Assembly: GCA_017471705.1 (NCBI GenBank)
Contig: JAFUSH010000052.1
Span: 14,869-78,868, forward strand
Direction: 5' to 3'
Length of the DNA stretch: 64,000 bases
Source of the DNA: Alphaproteobacteria bacterium
GTDB lineage: Bacteria; Pseudomonadota; Alphaproteobacteria; RF32; CAG-239
Numbering within the stretch: the first letter of the stretch is position 1; every line of letters starts with the position of its first letter. This document shows positions 14,428 through 24,400 of this stretch, piece after piece. The notes under the pieces were generated by a model. That model was not told the origin of the DNA. It made no database searches and worked only from the letters and a program-made list of their open reading frames with translations. A program made the position numbers and the translations under genes.

Positions 14428-15414
14428 ATGGATAACGATACTTTACAACGAATTGCGCTTAATCAATCTAAGACGCAACAAAAAGTAGTTGATCACTTTA
14501 CAAAACCTACGGAATTTTTGAAAAGAGTGCCTTTTATTGTTTCAAGTCACGGCTTTGTCAATGATTACGAAGAGTGGTCAAACGTTGAGGGCGGCGAGTT
14601 CAGAGAATTTGACGCACCTTATTCACCGATGACTGCCGATACAAGCTTAAGACAAGTTAAGCTTGGTGTTATGGGTGGTGAAATGAGTGTTGGCGAAGAG
14701 GCTGCATTGCACATGTTTAGTGGTGTTACCACTGATAGTGCAGAGGCTGCAGCAAAATACTTTGCTAAACAAACACCGCAGATCTTGAATAAGTCCGGTA
14801 GAAATACCGAATTGCATTTTATTTATAACATTTTGTATGGCGAAATGAAAAAATACAACGCCAAGAATGCGGCTGACACCACAAAACATACTATGTTTAA
14901 TGCAGGCGGCACCGGCAATACAAACTATTCAATCTTTGCAATCCGTCAAGCACCGGAATTAAACTGCGGTTTATATTCTCCTTGCGGTAAAAACAAAGAT
15001 GAAACCATGTATATGGAATGGCTGAACGGCGGTGAACGTCACTATATTGCCACCGGTAAAGATCAAGGCAAAATCGGCTATGAGGCTACATGGAAAGCCT
15101 TTTTAGGCTATCAGTTGGCTTGTCCTGAATATTTGGGCGGTATTTTCAATATCGATCCGGCAAACAATCACAATGTTACAGCTGCGATGATTGATGACTT
15201 GCTTGACGCTGTTGAGGCTGATACCTCCGATACTGTTCTTGTTATGGCTCGCACCATGAAGAGCAAGATCGGCGCCTTGAAGTGGGATAAAGTTGAGCTT
15301 GAAAATCGTGAAGAAAATATCAATACCAAGGTTTTGACTTGGAACGGTATTGAAATTATTGGCACGAATACCATGCTCAAAGGCACTGAAAGCAAGGTTA
15401 TCTTGCCTTACTAG
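14428..15414 (+). CDS. major capsid protein (328 aa)
   Basis: T7 gp10 slot after the scaffold, bracketed by intrinsic terminators. Size is typical for a capsid protein. Confidence 0.7.
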   Translation: MDNDTLQRIALNQSKTQQKVVDHFTKPTEFLKRVPFIVSSHGFVNDYEEWSNVEGGEFREFDAPYSPMTADTSLRQVKLGVMGGEMSVGEEAALHMFSGVTTDSAEAAAKYFAKQTPQILNKSGRNTELHFIYNILYGEMKKYNAKNAADTTKHTMFNAGGTGNTNYSIFAIRQAPELNCGLYSPCGKNKDETMYMEWLNGGERHYIATGKDQGKIGYEATWKAFLGYQLACPEYLGGIFNIDPANNHNVTAAMIDDLLDAVEADTSDTVLVMARTMKSKIGALKWDKVELENREENINTKVLTWNGIEIIGTNTMLKGTESKVILPY

Positions 15415-15430
15415 GGAAATAAGCACCTCT

Positions 15431-15460
15431 TTAAGGGGTGCTTTGTTTTTAATCTTTTTT
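15431..15460 (+). terminator. Intrinsic terminator after the capsid gene
   Basis: AAGCACC...GGTGCTT followed by TGTTTTT. Confidence 0.7.
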
Positions 15461-15477
15461 AAGAAAAGGAAAAAAAT

Positions 15478-15867
15478 ATGACTAAAAATTTCGGTTTTTA
15501 TAGAGGAAACTTTACCGATGAAGCTGCCGCAGCTGCAAGTATTTCAGGCACACGCGGCTTGCGTGTCGGTGGTGCATTAGGCCATGTTTATGCGCAATGC
15601 GTAGCCGGCGCCGGTGGATTTTCTATTGCCGCCGGCAAAGCTGTGACTTTAACCGGTAAAGAATGCGATACAGTTGATGGCACTTATGCTGCAAACGGTG
15701 TGACAGTTGTCCGCACTTTTGCTGCTGCCACAACTTTTGCAGAGGGTGAAGTTATTGCAGAGATCCATTTTGCTGAATATTCAAAAGAATACGGCAAAGT
15801 TGATTTTGCTTGCAACGACACTGGTGCAACCGGCGCAATCAAGATTGTGCCTAACGCAATGGGGTAG
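15478..15867 (+). CDS. Ala/Gly-rich head protein (129 aa), decoration/cement candidate
   Basis: AAAGGAAAAAAATATG start region. Position directly after the capsid gene. Confidence 0.5.
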   Translation: MTKNFGFYRGNFTDEAAAAASISGTRGLRVGGALGHVYAQCVAGAGGFSIAAGKAVTLTGKECDTVDGTYAANGVTVVRTFAAATTFAEGEVIAEIHFAEYSKEYGKVDFACNDTGATGAIKIVPNAMG

Positions 15868-15871
15868 TAAC

Positions 15872-16270
15872 ATGGCTCAATACAAAGCAATACATGACAC
15901 TATGTATAATTTTGCGTTGGTTAAAAAAGGCAAAATTATATTCGGCGGTGACGAGTTGAAGTCTAATGAGCATTTTGAGCTTGTTGGCAATGAAAACAAA
16001 GCACCGGCCGCCGGTGAAAATGGAAACGCTACCGGTGCAACCACTGCGACAGCAGATCCTAAACAACAGATGAACTTTAATCAGCTTGTTAAATACGCTC
16101 AAAGTATTGGCGTAGAGGGTGCAAACAGAATGAAAAAGCCTGAACTCTTGGCCGCAATCGCAGCTAAAGAGGCGGAAACTGCTGCACCTAAGGCTGACGA
16201 AGTTGTCACCGAAGATGGAAAAGATGGCAATGTTGATGGCGATAGCGTCAATATTCAGCCGGTAGCTTAA
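15872..16270 (+). CDS. head-module protein with Rho-N/SAP-like HeH motif (132 aa)
   Basis: ATG at 15872 (MAQYKAIHDT...). Motif NFNQLVKYAQSIGVEGANRMKKPELLAAIAAKE. The upstream part of ORF 15707-16270 is out-of-frame overlap. Confidence 0.55.
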   Translation: MAQYKAIHDTMYNFALVKKGKIIFGGDELKSNEHFELVGNENKAPAAGENGNATGATTATADPKQQMNFNQLVKYAQSIGVEGANRMKKPELLAAIAAKEAETAAPKADEVVTEDGKDGNVDGDSVNIQPVA

Positions 16271-16277
16271 TGATATT

Positions 16278-16307
16278 GAGGAGGCTTAAACGGCCTCCTC
16301 TTTTTTT
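16278..16307 (+). terminator. Intrinsic terminator
   Basis: GAGGAGGC-ttaaacg-GCCTCCTC followed by TTTTTTT. Confidence 0.8.
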
Positions 16308-16319
16308 GGAGAATATAAG

Positions 16320-16970
16320 ATGGTAGCGACTTGCAGAACAGAATTAGATATTTTTAATATGGCAGCTTTAGCACTCGGCGCAAAAAGAAGTATATCAACA
16401 AACGATAAAACGAATATAGCCGAAGAAATGCAGGCCGCTTTTAGGTTGGTGAGAGATAACTTAATAAGATCTTATAATTGGGATTGCTGCCAAAAAGAGG
16501 ACACTTTGGCCTTAAAAGAGGTTAAAGATGGGGAACGTCTGGCGTATGTTTATCAAGTGCCAAGTGATTGCCTGCAAATAATCAGCTTAAATGGAATACA
16601 AACCGGTTATTCAGGGGTTGAACGTGTTGAGTTTTATGATCCTCTTTATAAAATCCGTGGCCATAATTTATTTACAAAACTAAAAGCACCGTTAAAAGTT
16701 GAATATAGCTATCGCAACGAAGATATTACGAGTTATGACGCTTGTTTTTGTAAAGTATTAGCTCTTGATTTAGCTATTGCTGTATGCGATAGAGCAACAA
16801 ACAGCGACAGCAAAAAGGAATCCTTAAAACGTGATCGTCGTGAGGCAATCAATGACGCATTAAGATCTAATGCGCTTGAGATACCGGCACGGCCAAAAAT
16901 TACCGGAAACTGGCTAAAATCAAGACAACGCCAGAATGATCTTTTGTTGGTAAAGAATGCGGAGTTTTAA
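16320..16970 (+). CDS. tail tubular protein A / adaptor (T7 gp11-type)
   Basis: 216 aa. N-terminal ...DIFNMAALALGAKRSIS...AFRLVRDNLIRSYNWDC pattern. Precedes the gp12-type gene. Confidence 0.7.
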   Translation: MVATCRTELDIFNMAALALGAKRSISTNDKTNIAEEMQAAFRLVRDNLIRSYNWDCCQKEDTLALKEVKDGERLAYVYQVPSDCLQIISLNGIQTGYSGVERVEFYDPLYKIRGHNLFTKLKAPLKVEYSYRNEDITSYDACFCKVLALDLAIAVCDRATNSDSKKESLKRDRREAINDALRSNALEIPARPKITGNWLKSRQRQNDLLLVKNAEF

Positions 16971-16973
16971 GAT

Positions 16974-19256
16974 ATGGTGCAGAAAAGAGTTTTAAGATCT
17001 TTCAATGCCGGTGAGGTTAGCCCTGATTTATATGGTCGTGACGATATACCAAAGGTTAACGGCGGTATGAAAGTATGTGAAAATATGATATTAACAATAC
17101 AGGGCGCTGCTTATTATCGTGGCGGTATGAAATATGCTCATGCTACAAAAAATAATACCGGCGTTTTGTTACGTGATTTTAGTTATAATGATAATGACTG
17201 CTATACTCTTGAATTTGGTGATCATTATGTGCGTTTTTATCGCAATCAGCAGCTTATGGTTGGTAATGATAATCAACCGCTTGAGCTTACGACACCTTAT
17301 GCTTTGAGCGATTTGTTTGACACGCAAGGCCGTCCGGCTATTTCAAAAGCACAATCAGCAGATTTAATGTATTTATTTCAAAGTGAGGGAAAATATCCGG
17401 TGCAACGTTTGGAACGCAATGCAGATGGCAGTTTTTCACAACAAGAAGTTGACTACGCAGAAGATGGTGGCTTTGAAGATATTAACATGGATAAAGAAAA
17501 ACGCGTTTATGCGAGTGCGCAAACTGGCGATAATATAACCATAACGGCCACGCATAGCATTTTCAAAAGCGGTCATGTGGGTGATATTTTCTATATTGAG
17601 CCGATCAATTTTGATGGCATTTATACATGGGCAGAGGGTAAAAGCGTTTCAGCCGGCCAAAGAATTATATCAAACTATAAGACATATACGGCAGAGGCCG
17701 CCGGCACCACCGGTTATGCAACGCCAAAACATCAAGAGGGAACGGCAACAGATGGCGCTGTGCGCTGGCGATATGAAGATTGCGGTTATGGAATTGCTAA
17801 GATTTTGACAGTTGCGGCAGATGGAAAAAGCTGCACAGCTAAAGTGTTGCTGCCTTTTCCGTATGCTTGCACCGGATCTGACCGGAATACATGGAAGTGG
17901 AAATTTGGCAGTTGGTGTGCCGAATATGGTTATCCGACAACCGGCTGCTTTCATCGTGAACGCCTATGTTTAGCCAGAAAATCAAGAATGTGGTTTAGTT
18001 GGAGTGACGATTTTGAAAGTTTTGCCGAAAAAGACGCCGGACAGATCACAAGTGAGTGCGGTTGGGGGTTTGGTGTTTCTTCCGGTATTACGGTTGGTAA
18101 TATTGCATGGATGCAGAGCGGTCGTGATTTATTGCTTGGCACTGATGTTAATGTGGTTGGTGTGGGTGAAAGCTCAAGCGACGCTCTTTTTTATTCAAGT
18201 AACTGCCGCAGCTATGAGCAAACACGTGAGGGTTGCGCCGCTATTCAACCGGTGAGGATCGGCAGCAGGTTTGTGTTTATGGATATTACCGGCAAAAATA
18301 TGGACACTTTAGCTTATGACGCAAACACATACCAATACAACAGCGACACAATACAAACATACGCCAAGCATATCAATGTTGAGGGCGTTATTGATATTGT
18401 GCGGATCCGTGAGCCGTTTGATGTGATTTATTGCCTTAAAAGCAACGGTGAATTAAGCTGCAGCCTTTATTCGCCGACACAGGAGGGTTTGGCTTGGTAT
18501 AGGATTAAAACCGACGGTGATGTGGTTAGTATAAGTAAAGACGGTAATAGTTTGGCCATGTGCGTTTGTCGCAAGAAAATTATAGACGGCCAAACAGTTA
18601 ATAGCTATGGTGTTGAGTTTTTACAAAATCCTTTTCAAGGCTTTTTCTCAAAAACAATAGCAGATTTTGAAAGCCAAAATGACTATCAGCAGTATTGTAT
18701 TGACAGTCTTTTGGAAGTGCAAAAAGAGGCTTGTTATTTAGACGCTGCAATTATTGTGAGCAGCGACACTGCATTTACAGAAGTTAATACAAACTTAGAT
18801 CACTTGGCCGGCCGCACTGTGAGTATTGTATCAGAGGGCGGTATTGAGCCAAGCCAAGAGGTTAAGCTTGTAAATGGTCAATGGACAGTGCAGCTTAAAT
18901 GGCCGTCAAAAATTGCGATTGTAGGTTTGCCATATAAAGGCGTGATTATACCGACAAGCATGGAGGGTGACGGCGAAACAAGTGCTCGCGGCCGAATTAA
19001 ACGTATCAATGCAGTCGGGTTTAGAGTTTGTAACTCAATGGGCGGTATGGCCGGAGATAAGATGGAGAACTTAAAGGATATTTTGAGCCGATCCGGTAGA
19101 GATAACCTGAACAATCCGATACCATTATTTACCGGTGATGTGCCACTTGCTATGTTTAGCGGCGATTATGAGGAGGCAGAGCAACTGATATTTATTCAAC
19201 CTTATCCGTTACCGTTTATGCTGCAGGCAATCGTTTTTGAGTTTGAAATTTCTTAA
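16974..19256 (+). CDS. tail tubular protein B / nozzle (T7 gp12-type)
   Basis: 760 aa. N-terminal RSFNAGEVSPDLYGRDDIPKVNGGMKVCENMILTIQGAAYYRGG is typical of this family. Synteny supports the call. Confidence 0.8.
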   Translation: MVQKRVLRSFNAGEVSPDLYGRDDIPKVNGGMKVCENMILTIQGAAYYRGGMKYAHATKNNTGVLLRDFSYNDNDCYTLEFGDHYVRFYRNQQLMVGNDNQPLELTTPYALSDLFDTQGRPAISKAQSADLMYLFQSEGKYPVQRLERNADGSFSQQEVDYAEDGGFEDINMDKEKRVYASAQTGDNITITATHSIFKSGHVGDIFYIEPINFDGIYTWAEGKSVSAGQRIISNYKTYTAEAAGTTGYATPKHQEGTATDGAVRWRYEDCGYGIAKILTVAADGKSCTAKVLLPFPYACTGSDRNTWKWKFGSWCAEYGYPTTGCFHRERLCLARKSRMWFSWSDDFESFAEKDAGQITSECGWGFGVSSGITVGNIAWMQSGRDLLLGTDVNVVGVGESSSDALFYSSNCRSYEQTREGCAAIQPVRIGSRFVFMDITGKNMDTLAYDANTYQYNSDTIQTYAKHINVEGVIDIVRIREPFDVIYCLKSNGELSCSLYSPTQEGLAWYRIKTDGDVVSISKDGNSLAMCVCRKKIIDGQTVNSYGVEFLQNPFQGFFSKTIADFESQNDYQQYCIDSLLEVQKEACYLDAAIIVSSDTAFTEVNTNLDHLAGRTVSIVSEGGIEPSQEVKLVNGQWTVQLKWPSKIAIVGLPYKGVIIPTSMEGDGETSARGRIKRINAVGFRVCNSMGGMAGDKMENLKDILSRSGRDNLNNPIPLFTGDVPLAMFSGDYEEAEQLIFIQPYPLPFMLQAIVFEFEIS

Positions 19257-19267
19257 GGAGTAAAAAT

Positions 19268-19858
19268 ATGGTAGCACCTATTATTGCCGCCGTTGCCGCT
19301 AGTGCAGCGCTCGGCGCGATTGGCTCGCTTGCACAAAACAAGAGCCAGATTAAACAGTTAAAGCAACAAGCTGCGCTCAAAAATCTTGAGGGTGATATTT
19401 ATGAAAAAAATGCGCACATGCAGGCAGAGGCTGACAGCTACAATGAAAGTGTGGCCAGAAACGAACGCAACGAAACGTTGGCGCGCTTGAGGGTAGCACA
19501 AGCACAAAGCGGTGTTACCGGTGGCACTTTGCTTGAAATACAAATGCGCAGCGAACAAGAGGCCGAACTTGATGATATGATGGCTCGTTACAATAATCAC
19601 ACAAAGTATGTGGCCACAATGTATGAGGCTCAAAAATCAAGATCAGAGGCACAGCAACTTTTGGCTAATGCTAAGAGCTTAAAGAAAAACAGGTGGTTTA
19701 ATGCTATTTTGGCAGGCGCAAATAGCGGTATGTCAACGGCAACAAGTCAATATTTATTCAGTAACAGCGGCAGCACAAACGGTGTGGAAGATATGAGCGG
19801 TCAATCGAGCGGTTGGAATCCGTCAATGTCTGCGCCTGCAGCCAAACCGGCAAGATAA
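19268..19858 (+). CDS. internal virion protein (T7 gp14 slot, 196 aa)
   Basis: N-terminal hydrophobic segment followed by coiled coil. Same size and position as T7 gp14. Confidence 0.6.
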   Translation: MVAPIIAAVAASAALGAIGSLAQNKSQIKQLKQQAALKNLEGDIYEKNAHMQAEADSYNESVARNERNETLARLRVAQAQSGVTGGTLLEIQMRSEQEAELDDMMARYNNHTKYVATMYEAQKSRSEAQQLLANAKSLKKNRWFNAILAGANSGMSTATSQYLFSNSGSTNGVEDMSGQSSGWNPSMSAPAAKPAR

Positions 19859-19869
19859 GGAGTATTAAA

Positions 19870-21444
19870 ATGGCTATGAATAACACATATACGCGCCAAG
19901 TGCAAGCTGCACCGACAGATCTTAATCCACATCAGAACTATGTGGAAGAGTATGACGCAATGAACGAATTGGTGCAAAACGCCGTTGCAACCGGCCAGAA
20001 TATTATCAATACCTACGCAAAAGCGCGTGATGATAATGAGCGCGAAACAACAAAATTACTTGTTGATGAACGCAATGAAAAGCTGAAAAATGCTATGCGT
20101 GAGGTGCAGCTCAATCAAGATCCGGCAACATGGGAAGAAAATTACAAGCAGCGTTTTGATGAAATTGATGAAGAATACAAAGGCCGAGTGCCGGCTAGAT
20201 ATACCGACGAATACAACCGGTGGAATGAATTAAATGACAGTCGCAACTTGATGGATCTACGCTTTGCTCAAACGAAAAAAACGCAGGAAATAAACCGCGA
20301 ATTGTTGTTTGATCGGGTGGAACGTAACGCTAAAAATGCGATTGGCGCTGACGCCGGAACGATGGCCATGCTTGACGCTGATACCAAAAACAGCTTAGCC
20401 GGTGCCTTAAAGCGCGGCCAGATTAGCCGATTACAATATGACAAAGCTATGCGCAACTATGGTGAAAGCAAAACATACAACACGCTTTCAGATCGGTTAA
20501 TCAGAGATCCGGAGGGATTAAAGCTTGACTTGGAAAAAAATGCGTATGGCCTGAACGCTAAAGATTTGAAGAGTTGGAAGTCAAAAGTTGATCATGAATT
20601 GAAGATAAACGACTTAACAAATAAGACGGCTGAAAATAATCAAATTGAGGCGCAGGCTTTGACAGCGATGGAAATGATTAAAAATAAGCAGCAGCCGCCA
20701 CAAACATTGCTTGATCAATTACCGGAAAAGACAAAAGAGGCAATGCAAAAAGTGCAGTTTTATGCCGTTACCGGTGATGATGTTCCGACGGACACACAAA
20801 CATACGGCTTTTTGAATGATATGCGGCAGAATTATCCTGAACGGTTTAAGAACTTGAATTTGTATGATTATGCCGGATCTTTAAGCGGTGAGGATTTACA
20901 AGCCTTACGCTATGCGCAGCAGTCAATCGTGATCGGTTTGGACGGTAAAGCAAAGGTTAATCCGACAATTAGCCATAACGATCAAGTGCTGAAAGTAGCA
21001 CATAGCAGCTTAGGATTTAAGCAAAACAGTCAAGAAGCTTATGATTTTGACAGGCTTTATGATGGTGAAGTGCGCGCTATTATCAATGAAAAAGGCCGTA
21101 TGCCGACACAAACGGAGCAAGATGATATTATCAAGCGCCTGCGCAAGTCGGTGGCCACACGTCGTGACTGGTGGTTTGACGGTGACAAAGAGGCTCGCAC
21201 TTTGGAAGAAGATGACAGGCCTTATGTTAAAATGGAAGACATTGCGCCGAACACTAAAGAGGCGATCCTAAACATTATCAAAAACGATAAAAACTTTAAC
21301 ACGCTGCTCAAGCTTAACGATGAAGAACAAAATCAGATGGTTGAGGAAATGGCCGGCGTTTATGAGCGGCCGAATGAGCAATGGAATGACGCCACAAGAA
21401 ACGTCATAAACAGATATTTGGATATTGCAAGCAGGAGAAAATAA
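19870..21444 (+). CDS. internal virion protein (T7 gp15 slot, 524 aa)
   Basis: ATG at 19870 follows an AAGGAG RBS. Helical, charged protein. Synteny supports the call. Confidence 0.6.
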   Translation: MAMNNTYTRQVQAAPTDLNPHQNYVEEYDAMNELVQNAVATGQNIINTYAKARDDNERETTKLLVDERNEKLKNAMREVQLNQDPATWEENYKQRFDEIDEEYKGRVPARYTDEYNRWNELNDSRNLMDLRFAQTKKTQEINRELLFDRVERNAKNAIGADAGTMAMLDADTKNSLAGALKRGQISRLQYDKAMRNYGESKTYNTLSDRLIRDPEGLKLDLEKNAYGLNAKDLKSWKSKVDHELKINDLTNKTAENNQIEAQALTAMEMIKNKQQPPQTLLDQLPEKTKEAMQKVQFYAVTGDDVPTDTQTYGFLNDMRQNYPERFKNLNLYDYAGSLSGEDLQALRYAQQSIVIGLDGKAKVNPTISHNDQVLKVAHSSLGFKQNSQEAYDFDRLYDGEVRAIINEKGRMPTQTEQDDIIKRLRKSVATRRDWWFDGDKEARTLEEDDRPYVKMEDIAPNTKEAILNIIKNDKNFNTLLKLNDEEQNQMVEEMAGVYERPNEQWNDATRNVINRYLDIASRRK

Positions 21445-21445
21445 A

Positions 21446-24400
21446 ATGGGTGTATTTGATGAAATTAAACAGCAAGAACAGCAGAGCTTGAACACAAGTG
21501 ATCAAGCTAGTGATCAAGCTGCTGCGCCGGTATTAACGGAGAATGTTTTTGCGCCGGTTGCAACCGATAGTCAAACTATGAAAGATAATCAAATACAAGT
21601 GTTTTCTCGTGATTGGCGTCAACAAAGCGATGATGATATGGAGCAACATATTGCCGCCGGATTTATTAAGCGTGAAGACGCCGATCCGGTGCGTTGGAAG
21701 TCTGCGATTGAAACCGCAAAAGGCTTGGGTTATGACGAAAAAAGCTACGATTTGATTTATGATGACTTGCCGGAATATCAAAAACAGTGGAAAGAAAAAG
21801 AATTGCGCCGTTATTATGATAATTGCGACACAATGAAAAATATGTGTATAACTGATAAAAATTTCTTGAACACGCTTGATGATAAAACAGCTAAAGATTT
21901 GTATGACATCAATTTTAATTTGGCCGTATATGGTCAACCGAATGAGCCGAATGCGGTATGGGCGTTTGGTCAAAGAGTTGCTTATCAAACCGGTCGGAGT
22001 GAGAAAAGCATACAAACCGGAAAACTGGCCGGCAATATTCGTGGCAAGCGTGGTGATGAACGCGCTGCAGCGATTGCCGCATGGCGTAAAGAACATGATC
22101 AGTTAATCAGAATGCCGGAAATAGATACCTCCGGCTATGGCGTAGAAGATTTTGTTATGGCAGCAGCAGATCAGTTGCCGATTATGGCCAGAACAACGGG
22201 CGCAGTTGTTGGTGGAACTCTCGCCGGTGGTGCAGCCGGTGCCGGTGTTGGCTCGGCGGTGCCGGTAGTCGGAACAGCCGCCGGTGGTGTGGCCGGTGCA
22301 AAGGCTGGTTGGGTTGCCGGCAACGCTTTGGCCGCTTATGAAAGCTATCAAATTGAGGCAAACAGCATGACTGAAAGCCTTTTGGATATTACTGATAAAG
22401 ACGGTCTGCCGCTTGAGGATTGGGTTGTTGACGGTGCGTCATACGCTTATGGCGCGATTGCAGCCGCGATTGAACTTGTGCCGATGAAAGCAGTAACAAA
22501 CACAATCCCCGGAATGAAAAACATCACAAAGGTTGGAATTAAGCAGGCTCTTAAAGAGGCAGTAAAAGACAAGACAAAGCGGCAAGTGATTATGCAGATC
22601 ATTAAAGATTATGGTTTGGCGGTTGCCGGTGAAAGTGCCGAAGAGGCTGCGCAACAATTTACACAGGCTGAATTTACACGCGGTGCAAAGGCTTTAATGA
22701 ATGCTTTGTATGACACAAGTTTTGAACAGCAATCTTTTGCAAATGATTTGGCTGAAAGCGCGGAGGCTGCTATACAGGCCGGTAAAGCAACCGCAGTGAT
22801 GGCCGGTGCAAGCAGTGCAACAAGAGTGCGGCCGGAATTGCGCACATGGCAACGCGATCAGGAGGCAAAGCAACTTAAACGCGGTCAAGAGGTAAAGGCA
22901 CAATATGACGCGCAGCGCATGGACGAAGTGGCAGAGGCCGCGCAATCGTATATGCAAAAACCAAGTGCAGAACGAGCAACGCTCAAAAAATATATGCAGC
23001 AAGCCAAAAACAGCAGCGTTTATCAAGATATTTATATGTCGGCCGATGACGCACGCGCGGTGATGATTTCAGAGGCGGTGCAGAAAAATAAAGCTGCGCT
23101 GCAGGAAAGCGGCTTATATGATGATATTGAGCGGCAAATTGAGCAGGCTGATCAACTCGGAACGCCGGTGCGTATTGCTTTTGAAACTTTTGGCTCGGAA
23201 ATTATGGCCAGTCAAGAGCTGTATGCTGCATTTAAGGACGTTATTAAAACTTATGAGAACGGTATCACTATGCAAGAATTGCGCGTGGAGGCCGAACAAC
23301 GGCAGCAGGTGCGCAACAATATTGAAAAAGCAGCCAAAGACAATGCCAGTGATTATGAATACGCTTATCAGTATATTTTGGAGCAAGAGGTTGCCGGTGG
23401 TATTGATCAACAACGCAGAGGCTATACAGCAGAAATGTTGGCCAAAGTTATGACTTATATGGCCAAAGAAACAAAACAGCCGATCAATGAAGTCATGGCA
23501 AAGTATGCGCCAAGTTTTGAGCGCTCTTTTGATGGTAGTGTTGGTGGTGGCCAGACGGTGCAAGATATTATCAGCACAATCAGAAAATCGGCGCAAGATA
23601 AGGAAGTGCAAAACCTTATGAAACGCGCCGGAGAACTCGGCAAGCGTGACGCACGCAAGATTGCAAAGATCTTAGGCAAACATTTGGATAATGCAGCCGC
23701 CGGAGATGTGCAGCAATTTATGCGTGTTGTTAATGCAATCGGCGATATGAAACTCAATATTGAGGCTATGACTGACGAAGATATTGCAAACAGTTTGGAT
23801 AGTTATACAAAATCCGGTGATGTGCAACTCAATATTAAGCGTGATGACGCAGATAGAGTAAAAAGCGGCATTTTCTCGGCTAGTGAAAAGGCTTTGAGCG
23901 ATATACAGGCAAACGGTCAAGACAGCGATTATGTTGTGGTTGGCGGTGGCAGAATACCGGTGCAATATCAAATTGTTGAGCTGAATAATATGATCACCTC
24001 ACATGATGACGCCGGTGCGGTCAATGAGAACTATCCGCAAGAGCTGCAACCACGCGACAGATCCAGATCGGCAAGCGATACGCAAATTGCAAGTATTGTC
24101 AATAATTTTGCGCCGGAACGTGTCGGACAGGCAGAAATTGCAACAGAGGGCGCGCCGATTGTGACGCCGGAGGGGTTTGTTGCCGTCGGTAACGGCCGCG
24201 CAATGGCTATCCGTCAAGTGTATAAAAATGCCGAAAAAGCGCAAGCATACAAGGATTATTTGGCCGGCAAAGGTTATGATCTGAACGGATTTGAGCAGCC
24301 GGTATTGGTGCGCAGATTAGCCATAGAGATGAATAATGAGCAGTTAAAGGCTTTGGTTGATGACGCAAACACGGCCGGAACTATGCAATATTCAGACAGT

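Larger units (their letters stand above)
1..21869. repeat. Copy 1 of the 21.87-kb arc that occurs twice in the window
   Basis: All ORF-track translations recur with offset +42130 (before 2372) or +42131 (after 2381). Confidence 0.95.
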
